Origin: a virus
Taxonomy: Duplodnaviria; Heunggongvirae; Uroviricota; Caudoviricetes
Reading direction: 5' to 3' (one strand)
DNA: 15,575 nucleotides
IMG/VR virus record: IMGVR_UViG_3300025364_000002
Shown here: positions 7,564-14,362 of the stretch, in pieces
Numbering within the stretch: position 1 is the first letter of the stretch
Layout of the letters: every line of letters starts with the position of its first letter
Translations under genes and position numbers: made by a program
Notes under the pieces: model-generated
The model's database searches: none
Seen by the model: the letters and a program-made list of their open reading frames with translations, nothing else
Told to the model about the DNA's origin: nothing

Positions 7564-8225
7564 ATTTGCCATTCCTTTAGGATGTCAACAGCAGTTTGCA
7601 GCCTGCTCGTATAGCGGCTAACATGCGTAATTTTAACTTGGCCCGAATCGAGCTTCTCCATGACTCAATTGATTTCATCTTGGAGTTCTTTTAGAACAGG
7701 ACCAACCTGAATCTTTCTGTTCAACAGTTCTACGTCTTTTTTGGTAGCCTGGCTCTTTCGAGCTTTTTTCTTTCTAGCCTTAAGCTCTTGAATAGTAATG
7801 CCTTTTTTATCGGCCTCTCTCTTTAATTCAGCCCGACGATTTCTTGCTCGTTCACGAGCACGCTGCCTTGCTCTTTCTTTTTTGCTAATTTGAATAGCTT
7901 CTTCAAGCAACTCAACAAGCTTTCTATCAGAGGAGGAACGAACAGCCTCCCGTTCATATCTTTTGGTGTGGTTATCTTCCCGCCAGGTAAGACCATCATC
8001 CAAAGAAAACTTCTTTGTGAGTTTTATAGCGTAAGCGCCACGAACATTATTCCTTTCACGAATATGTGAAGTACGAATCTTTTCTACTGTCCATTTAAAT
8101 AAAATTTTGTCGTGTTTTACGACCAAGTCTGGGGATTCTGGCCAGACTTTGAAGATGGCAGTATCAGCCCAATGCCTTGGTCGAAGTGACTCAATTTTGT
8201 TTGTGGTTTCGTAGTAGTAAGCCAT
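7560..8225 (-). CDS. Basic hypothetical protein, paralog P2, with an internal in-frame TGA at 7665-7667
   Basis: MAYYYETTNK...FSLDDGLTW...LKELQDEIN*VMEKLDSGQVKITHVSRYTSRLQTAVDILKEWQI*. The part after the TGA aligns with the C-terminus of P1. Confidence 0.7.
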
Positions 8226-8231
8226 GAAGGC

Positions 8232-8260
8232 ACTATACCAAATTGTCAGCTGGAATTCAA
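8232..8260 (-). promoter_or_regulatory. Sigma70-type promoter for P2, probably giving a leaderless mRNA
   Basis: TTGAAT-17 nt-TATAGT with TG-n extension. Only 6 nt separate the -10 box from ATG 8225, and there is no SD. Confidence 0.65.
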
Positions 8261-8340
8261 GACAAATAAAAAACCCGAAGCGATTGCTGACCAACCAATT
8301 TTTCAATCTTGGTTATAAGAACCGTATGACACTGATTAAC

Positions 8341-8359
8341 ATTTGCTTAAAAAGCAAAT
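8341..8359 (-). other. Hairpin immediately 3' of the tRNA (processing or termination signal)
   Basis: ATTTGCT-TAAAA-AGCAAAT, a perfect 7-bp stem starting 3 nt after the CCA. Confidence 0.45.
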
Positions 8360-8362
8360 ACT

Positions 8363-8436
8363 TGGCTGCGGGTGTAGGAGTCGAACCCACATTAACCGAT
8401 CCAGAGTCGGTTGTCTTGCCATTAGACGAACCCGCA
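8363..8436 (-). tRNA. tRNA-Gln (anticodon CTG), CCA encoded
   Basis: TGCGGGT TC GTCT AATGGC AAGAC A ACCGA CT-CTG-GA TCGGT TAAT GTGGG TTCGACT CCTAC ACCCGCA G CCA. Full cloverleaf with U1-A72 and G73, typical of tRNA-Gln; 74 nt. Confidence 0.95.
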
Positions 8437-8547
8437 ATCAAGAGAATGGTTTAATGATAAACCTACCAATGTACCCGGCGTTTTACCATTATACTATTCC
8501 CAAATGGTGGCTCTTTTCGAGCCTTGACTCTTCATGAGTTCTGTTAA

Positions 8548-8730
8548 TTATTTGTTAACTTTGCTTTTTACAAACTTAACAAGCTTTGGAACACCCCAGG
8601 AAAGCACCAATCCACCGCCAACAAGCAATGCTGCGACTGCGAGATTTGGAACGCCCCAGACTGCTAGATGCAAACAAAGAAGTGCTGCCGCTGGCCCACC
8701 CCAAAGTGCTACTGTCTTAAGTTTATCCAT
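8548..8730 (-). CDS. Small two-TM membrane protein (60 aa)
   Basis: Two hydrophobic helices and a basic tail; purine-rich leader. A 7-bp hairpin TGAGGAA-ACA-TTCCTCA lies at 8746-8762 upstream. Confidence 0.65.
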   Translation of the reverse strand: MDKLKTVALWGGPAAALLCLHLAVWGVPNLAVAALLVGGGLVLSWGVPKLVKFVKSKVNK

Positions 8731-8818
8731 CTTTCTCTACCTTTCTGAGGAAACATTCCTCAAATAACAAGTAGAGTATACAACGAACAGTATCCACATT
8801 GATAAGTGACTTTTATTT

Positions 8819-9193
8819 TCAGTTTTTGAGCTTATTTCTCCAATAGGTTCTACCCTCTTCTTCGTTGAGATGAAACATGAAATATACGCCCAAATTTATC
8901 AAAACCCAAACAACTATTGCCAAAGCAATCCATTTACCAAACAAACCAAGAGACATTGCAACTATTGCAGGTAACATACCACCATAAAGAAGAATCGCAT
9001 TAATCATTGGCAGAGCCAAATCCCCACCAGATTTATCTACTTCATACCAACCCCATTTAATCATACCAGAAAGAGCCCAAAACCATAGCCAAATTAGATA
9101 TTTGAATGGCCTGATAGGCGAAAAATGTTTCGGTTTCTTGGGTGGCATTGGAATAAAATCCCTCCCATGAGGATCAGACATGTTTTTCTCCAT
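8819..9193 (-). CDS. Hypothetical membrane protein (about three TM segments)
   Basis: Hydrophobic segments YLIWLWFWALSG, AILLYGGMLPAIVAMSLGLF and WIALAIVVWVLINLGVYFMF. Confidence 0.7.
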   Translation of the reverse strand: MEKNMSDPHGRDFIPMPPKKPKHFSPIRPFKYLIWLWFWALSGMIKWGWYEVDKSGGDLALPMINAILLYGGMLPAIVAMSLGLFGKWIALAIVVWVLINLGVYFMFHLNEEEGRTYWRNKLKN

Positions 9194-9548
9194 CGGTAGC
9201 GGTTGTCAAATGCTCAGATGCAATCCAATATAATCGTTCTTGCAATAAGACTTTATAATACCAAGTTCCAGCTCCGTGCTTCTGCTCAAAGCAGAAATTT
9301 AGAACCATTCCACAACCTTCTTGTGGCGGGTTCGACAGTGGTCCAAGAGTAATATCCAAAATTCCAGGCTCGCTTGGATCAATACTCTCTGCTGCCCATT
9401 TCTTGTCTTCGGTTACCGAAGAAGATTTGGAAGTAGCCAAAAAGATACGTTGCCCATATCCACGAGTCATTAACTTTAATGGATGGGTAAAATAAACAAT
9501 TTGCCCAGATTCAAATTGCTTCTTCTTTGGCAGGCTTTTGTTCATCAT
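9174..9548 (-). CDS. Hypothetical protein, small SH3/KOW-like family
   Basis: FESGQIVYF...YYKVLLQERLYWIASEHL. Confidence 0.7.
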   Translation of the reverse strand: MMNKSLPKKKQFESGQIVYFTHPLKLMTRGYGQRIFLATSKSSSVTEDKKWAAESIDPSEPGILDITLGPLSNPPQEGCGMVLNFCFEQKHGAGTWYYKVLLQERLYWIASEHLTTATDGEKHV

Positions 9549-9822
9549 ACACTAACACAAATGCAAGATTGTTTATATTCGTATCAAAGATGCCTTTTCG
9601 TGAAAGAATTCTCATACACCAAGGATTGCAAAATCCAAGTAGTAAAACTGGCTGTCCAGCCTTTGACTCAGGAATCCACTGCCAACCATTTTTGGCACTG
9701 GCTACTGGATGACAATTCCCTTGCTTGTCATCACATAAATCAGTTTGTCCCTTGATACCAACCAAGGAACCGGGAAGAGGGCACCATTTTTTATATTCGA
9801 TCCTCAAAAGCTTATAATTCAT
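9511..9822 (-). CDS. Hypothetical protein, small SH3/KOW-like family
   Basis: PLPGSLVGI...CMRILSRKGIFDTNINNL. Confidence 0.6.
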   Translation of the reverse strand: MNYKLLRIEYKKWCPLPGSLVGIKGQTDLCDDKQGNCHPVASAKNGWQWIPESKAGQPVLLLGFCNPWCMRILSRKGIFDTNINNLAFVLVYDEQKPAKEEAI

Positions 9823-10336
9823 ATACGTTTATAGTAATATTTGTGTCCTTAACGGCCTTTTCCATAAGTTTTTTAACCAAGCCCTTGTCAAGGGCACCAA
9901 GACCACAACCAATCCATGGCATTGCCACTGTTTTCAGTTCAGAGTTGGATTTGGCTCTTTCTAAGTTGATCTCCTGTAAAGATCGTACCATGTTTTTGAG
10001 ACTGCTTTCGACTGCGCTATACGTTGCCGGAAGTCGCCAATGTGATTTGATGGCAAGATTATACACCCAGGTAGAGACAGCCTCTTTTTCTTCAATTCTA
10101 CCAAGAGAATTATGAAAAAGAATCGTCTCATAGTCTTCAAAAAGCCAAGCCATTCCAGGAATTATCCTGCCTTCTTTACATTCATGACGGTAAGCTTCGT
10201 ACATTTGCGGAAACCGTCTTTTGAATTCGACAGCGATGCCTTTGCCCATGGCACCGGCACAATTTACCCCGTGAGCCAAAACCCGCTGCTCCATGACAGC
10301 ATCGAACAAATTTCCCCTAAAAACTTTCACTGACAT
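9812..10336 (-). CDS. Macrodomain protein (Poa1p/TARG1/DarG-like ADP-ribose hydrolase)
   Basis: GNLFD...AHGVNCAGAMGKGIAVEFK...VYNLAIK...AMPWIGCGLG. Confidence 0.88.
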   Translation of the reverse strand: MSVKVFRGNLFDAVMEQRVLAHGVNCAGAMGKGIAVEFKRRFPQMYEAYRHECKEGRIIPGMAWLFEDYETILFHNSLGRIEEKEAVSTWVYNLAIKSHWRLPATYSAVESSLKNMVRSLQEINLERAKSNSELKTVAMPWIGCGLGALDKGLVKKLMEKAVKDTNITINVYEL

Positions 10337-10613
10337 TGATTTTATTCAAAGCCTTTCTTTTTATGAAGACGACTCTTTCATCCCAAAGACATCGGATGCG
10401 ATCTGATTCAAAAAACGGAGCAACAGAGCCTTCAAGTGCGAGTACGATTGAGCCATGAGGAATACGCACAAAATTACCGCCACCTTTAACATAAGCGGTT
10501 ACAAAGGCTGGTTCAGCGAAGCCGGCAAACTCAAGCTTGTTAAAATACTTCTCATGAATATCATCATAAAAAGCATTTACAATGAGCATTTCTCCTGCTT
10601 TGCACCAATACAT
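10317..10613 (-). CDS. Hypothetical protein, small SH3/KOW-like family
   Basis: CKAGEMLIV...RIRCLWDERVVFIKRKAL. Confidence 0.65.
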   Translation of the reverse strand: MYWCKAGEMLIVNAFYDDIHEKYFNKLEFAGFAEPAFVTAYVKGGGNFVRIPHGSIVLALEGSVAPFFESDRIRCLWDERVVFIKRKALNKINVSESF

Positions 10614-10888
10614 GATTCTCTCGCTACGTTATTGGAATTTGCTACCCACACTTCGCCTTCATACAAAACTCTTATCAAGGCTTGATCACCATCCTGGGGT
10701 TTAGAATCCAAAGCCATCAAAACAGTCCCGGCAGGAATTGTCGAATTAGATTCGATACAAGAACCGCTTTCTGTCTTAAAAAAGACTTTTGGCCAAACGC
10801 CATCTGGATCACCTTTAGAGAGATAATGCTCTCTGGTAATTTTTACCAGGTCTCCTGCCACCCAATCATTTAGACGTTTATTGATCAT
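10577..10888 (-). CDS. Hypothetical protein, small SH3/KOW-like family
   Basis: WVAGDLVKI...LIRVLYEGEVWVANSNNV. Confidence 0.7.
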   Translation of the reverse strand: MINKRLNDWVAGDLVKITREHYLSKGDPDGVWPKVFFKTESGSCIESNSTIPAGTVLMALDSKPQDGDQALIRVLYEGEVWVANSNNVARESCIGAKQEKCSL

Positions 10889-11654
10889 CCCCTACAATTT
10901 GATACTTCTTCCAGCATTTCTTAGCTTTTACACTTTTGAAAACACCTTGAGGGTTCTCTGGGGTAAGTATGATGCAAGATAAGCGTCCCCCAAAACATGA
11001 ACCAGTATCTAGTCCGATCATTCGTGCTCCTTTTTTATTGTAATCAACAACAGGAGCATCAAAAGACCGTACATCGTGGCCGTAAATGATGTCAATGTGC
11101 CCATCATAAACTTCAGTCCAATGGACTGAATTTTCTGGTTTGGTAAACCCAGGCCCAAGGCTCAATTGCTGATAAGAATCTTTGTCGATATATCGAGTAA
11201 AGATGTACTCCTCACGGTCACGTTTGTCCCAAGGCTCATCTTTCGGCAAAACACCAGCATGAACCACCAAAGCATTATATTCCCAAATAGGGACACAATA
11301 TTTGCCGGCTTCAAGGTAGTCAAGATTTTTATCGGTTAATGATTGCCAAACTTCTTGCTTGTGTCCATAGAGCGATATGGGGTTGCGATAATGCTTGCGG
11401 CCCACATGGGTTTTCTTCTGTTCGTGACGACGATAGCGGATATACTTGTCATCATGATTGCCGATGCAAATTTCAGCTCCAAGCTCCTCGGCATAGCTGA
11501 CAACTTCTGCCGACTTGGGCCCACGATCGACAAGGTCGCCTGCGAAAATCAGGCGATCCTTATCCTTGTTATACTCGCATAGTTCAATGAGTTCTACCAA
11601 CTCATCGAGCATTCCGTGAATATCCCCACATACAATGACCTTTTTTCTTACCAT
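10878..11654 (-). CDS. Calcineurin-like metallophosphoesterase (ApaH/PrpA/Pnkp-phosphatase-like)
   Basis: Motifs GDIHG, GDLVDRGP, GNHD, VHAG, YGH and LDTG. Confidence 0.92.
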   Translation of the reverse strand: MVRKKVIVCGDIHGMLDELVELIELCEYNKDKDRLIFAGDLVDRGPKSAEVVSYAEELGAEICIGNHDDKYIRYRRHEQKKTHVGRKHYRNPISLYGHKQEVWQSLTDKNLDYLEAGKYCVPIWEYNALVVHAGVLPKDEPWDKRDREEYIFTRYIDKDSYQQLSLGPGFTKPENSVHWTEVYDGHIDIIYGHDVRSFDAPVVDYNKKGARMIGLDTGSCFGGRLSCIILTPENPQGVFKSVKAKKCWKKYQIVGDDQ

Positions 11655-11660
11655 GATAAA

Positions 11661-11689
11661 ACCATATCACCTTGAAGGAAAAGTTTGAA
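11661..11689 (-). promoter_or_regulatory. Candidate extended -10 promoter for the phosphoesterase, supplied by the HEG insert and probably leaderless
   Basis: TTCAAA-17 nt-TATGGT with TG-n; 6 nt to ATG 11654. Confidence 0.45.
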
Positions 11690-12408
11690 TGTATAAACTA
11701 TATTGTTTATTTGAATCAGAAACAGGTCAAGTGTTTTACATAGGAATTACTCGGAGAACTTTAAAGGAAAGACTTCAGTCGCATACTTGGAATTCGCATT
11801 GTAAAATAAACAGAAGATGAAAATCAACAACTCCTAAATCAAATTATATTCGTGAATTAAAAACTAAAAAGAAAAAATTTGAAATTGTTGGTTTGTTGGA
11901 ATCTGCTGACAAAACCTATATTGAAAATGCCGAACGTCGCTATATCGCTTTTGCAAAAAGAATGAAATTTAATTTAACTAATGCCACTTCGGGCGGCCAA
12001 GGAATACAGGAATATAAACATAAACCAGAAACAATAGAAAGGTTACGCAAACTAAATTCTGGCAAAAACAATCCTCAGTGGGGCAAAACTCCTTCAAAGG
12101 AAACTAGAGCAAAACAACGTAAAGCTCTTAAAGGCAAGCCTAGACCACGTCCAAAAGATTATAAAGGATGGAAACGTCGAATTTCAAAAAATCATGCTGA
12201 TGTCTCTGGTAAAAATAATCCAATGTTTGGTAAACCTGCTCCAACACGAAAAAGAACTATTCAATATGATTTGAATGGCAATAAAATTGCCGAATTTGCA
12301 AGTGCTACGGCTGCTGCCAAAGCTATTAATTTATCCCGAGTAACAATTTCTAATTGTGCTTCTGGTTATTCATCAACAGCTGGTGGGTTTGTTTGGAAGT
12401 ACGAATAA
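11689..12408 (+). mobile_element. Free-standing GIY-YIG homing endonuclease with NUMOD3 repeats and a C-terminal NUMOD1/IENR1 HTH; in-frame TGA at 11818-11820
   Basis: From ATG 11689: MYKLYCLFESETGQVFYIGITRRTLKERLQSH...NRR*KSTTPK...AERRYI...NLTN, in frame with track ORF 11893-12408. NUMOD3-like repeats SGKNNPQWGK and SGKNNPMFGK; C-terminal QYDLNGNKIAEFASATAAAK...GGFVWKY. Confidence 0.88.
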
Positions 12409-12427
12409 TTGTTTTAACACGTGCCAT
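12404..12427 (-). pseudogene. Stranded duplicate of the phosphoesterase N-terminus
   Basis: TAAGGTGA SD followed by ATG GCA CGT GTT AAA ACA ATT ATT = MARVKTII, versus the current start MVRKKVIV(CGDIHG). The frame then runs into antisense HEG sequence. Confidence 0.55.
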
Positions 12428-12476
12428 GACTCACCTTATCAAGTTTTTGGCGATTTGTAAACCGGGAAAGTTTTAT

Positions 12477-13106
12477 TTAGCCAAACTTCCAATCCACAGT
12501 AACGTTTACCTTCATTGAAGGAATTCTTTTGTGGTTTGCAAGATTATGCTGTAAACATTCATCCGGAGTAATGAACCAATCTGCGCCTCTCTTTTGAGTG
12601 ACAATATCATAGAAATAATTTTCATCATCGTGACCGCAGTTACTGGCCATCTTTCTATAGATAAGTTTATTCAACCTCGTTGTTTCTTCGGCCGAAGCTT
12701 TAACCTCGGGTTCTTTGCCCCAAGAAAATGAAGAAACATCATGGATAAGCACTGTAGCGTGTGGGCCCACATAACGATGTCCTTCCGCACCACATGTGAA
12801 AAGAACTGCTCCACAAGACATTGCTTTTCCTTCAACAATGGTTGCAACAGGAATTTTACAATGATCAATAGAATCTATCATTGATAGAAGCGCATAAACA
12901 GAGCCACCATAAGAATCAATAACAATTGGAATAATATCCTGTTTAGACTTCATCGCATGTGATTCTGCGATTTCAAGTTCATGCCGAAATCTTTTAGCGC
13001 TTTCTTCACTAAATTCTCCGCTAAAAACTATATAAACTGGAAGATCAAGTTGTTCTTCTGGTTTTTCAATTTTGATTCTTGAATCTAAGTCGACAAGATA
13101 TCTCAT
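12477..13106 (-). CDS. clpP: ClpP-family (peptidase S14) protease subunit
   Basis: IDSYGGSV, catalytic Ser in AMSCGA, His in LIHD, and DWFITPDE. AAGGAG SD. Confidence 0.9.
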   Translation of the reverse strand: MRYLVDLDSRIKIEKPEEQLDLPVYIVFSGEFSEESAKRFRHELEIAESHAMKSKQDIIPIVIDSYGGSVYALLSMIDSIDHCKIPVATIVEGKAMSCGAVLFTCGAEGHRYVGPHATVLIHDVSSFSWGKEPEVKASAEETTRLNKLIYRKMASNCGHDDENYFYDIVTQKRGADWFITPDECLQHNLANHKRIPSMKVNVTVDWKFG

Positions 13107-13124
13107 AAATCTCCTTTGTTGAAA

Positions 13125-13715
13125 TCAGTATACGGGCGCACCATCCACAAGTCCAATAAGTTTTTTAAGGATTTTGAGAGTAAGCTTTGCATCAAATTCT
13201 GCATCGTGTGCTTTAGAATAATCAAAGCCAAAATAGGTAGCAAGACTTTGAAGGCTGCAATCAAGAGTGTCAGGTAATTTACCTGTCAAAATCATATAGT
13301 GGGCGATTGTTGCTGTATCCAATCTACGGTAAGAATAAAATCTCCCCCAGCAATCACCCTCGGAATTATCCGTTTTCAGGAAATGTTTTTTCACAAAGCG
13401 GATATCCAACGACAAATTGTGTCCAGCCGGGATCATCTTTGTAACTCCAAGCGAATGCTTGCAGGAGAAATCGTAGAATTCTTTGGCTGCTTGCTCTTCT
13501 GGAACGGCAACTTTGTCATGTGCGACAAGATCAATATTGTGAACAGAAAGCGCTTCAGCAGTCAAGCTATAAAGCCCATTATTGGGCTTTATTTTTAAAT
13601 CAATTGCGTCAAGTATTTCGAGCTGGTCATTCAAGACCATTCCATAAAGCGTCAACAAGCTGGTTTTCGGGTTCTTGCCGCCGGTTTCCACATCAAACAG
13701 AAAAAACTTCCTCAT
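13125..13715 (-). CDS. DEDDh 3'-5' exonuclease (DnaQ-like)
   Basis: Motifs FDVETGG, GHNLSLDIRF and AHDAEFD. Start set at ATG 13715 (GAGGG SD); the track start 13793 overlaps the TM-coding end of the upstream gene. Confidence 0.9.
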   Translation of the reverse strand: MRKFFLFDVETGGKNPKTSLLTLYGMVLNDQLEILDAIDLKIKPNNGLYSLTAEALSVHNIDLVAHDKVAVPEEQAAKEFYDFSCKHSLGVTKMIPAGHNLSLDIRFVKKHFLKTDNSEGDCWGRFYSYRRLDTATIAHYMILTGKLPDTLDCSLQSLATYFGFDYSKAHDAEFDAKLTLKILKKLIGLVDGAPVY

Positions 13716-13722
13716 TTTACCC

Positions 13723-14271
13723 TCATAAAAATAAAAAAACCATTCCAAAAACCACCAACCCAACCAAAAGAACAACACACGTCCACGCAACAAAACGCAG
13801 ACAAAAGTTGGCTATTGCGTCAACAGTTTTCCTTTGCTCGACTTTGTCAACAAGCTGCGTTTTCAGCCTCTTGTTTTCTTCCTCAAGATTTGCCACATAA
13901 TCACGAAATGATTCACCACGAAAATCGACATCATGCTTTGGGTGCGGGTCGTCCTTGCGCTTATTTTTATTCCAATATTTTTTGGCCAACTCTTTGTTGA
14001 CCGACGCCTTCTTCTCCTCTTTTTGAGAGGAATTATTTTCCCCTTGCTTTACTGTCTTTTTTGCATTATCAAAGTTTTTTCTTACCCTTTTGTGGGCAAG
14101 TTTTGTATCGAACCTCAAATCACCCAAAACTTTAGAAGCATCATTCCAAATTTTTTCCATGTCGTGGCAAAGCTTTTCTACATCGTTTTCAGCAAATTCA
14201 ACATGGTCGAAAGTCTTTTTCATTTCATTGAAAAGACGCTTTCTTCTGGTAAGTTTTCGACTTCTGCTCAT
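13723..14271 (-). CDS. Basic coiled-coil protein with a C-terminal membrane anchor
   Basis: MSRSRKLTRRKRL...FVAWTCVVLLVGLVVFGMVFLFL*. The longer track start (14445) crosses a terminator and another gene. Confidence 0.7.
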   Translation of the reverse strand: MSRSRKLTRRKRLFNEMKKTFDHVEFAENDVEKLCHDMEKIWNDASKVLGDLRFDTKLAHKRVRKNFDNAKKTVKQGENNSSQKEEKKASVNKELAKKYWNKNKRKDDPHPKHDVDFRGESFRDYVANLEEENKRLKTQLVDKVEQRKTVDAIANFCLRFVAWTCVVLLVGLVVFGMVFLFL

Positions 14272-14312
14272 GGGAATGACTCTATAGCAAAGAGAAAAAT
14301 GAATAAACCACC

Positions 14313-14347
14313 AAAACAAAACACGGACCGAAGCCCGTGTTTTGTTT
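14313..14347 (-). terminator. Intrinsic terminator with a cUUCGg tetraloop
   Basis: Minus strand AAACAAAACACGG-GC-TTCG-GT-CCGTGTTTTGTTT(T), just after the stop of 14363-14674. Confidence 0.85.
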
Positions 14348-14362
14348 GTACACATGTATTTC

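Noticed and set aside
7369-8000. Sialidase or beta-propeller call from the Asp-box-like motifs in P1 and P2
   Set aside because: There is only one motif per protein and the rest is helical and basic. BNR propellers need multiple repeats.
8224-8537. ORFs 8224-8454 and 8343-8537
   Set aside because: They overlap the tRNA-Gln on the opposite strand; the AAGVGVEPT peptide is the typical antisense translation of a tRNA T-arm.
13106-13127. DEDDh-ClpP fusion by TGA read-through (the two ORFs are in frame, 18 nt apart)
   Set aside because: ClpP has its own strong AAGGAG SD, and in-frame adjacency occurs one time in three by chance.
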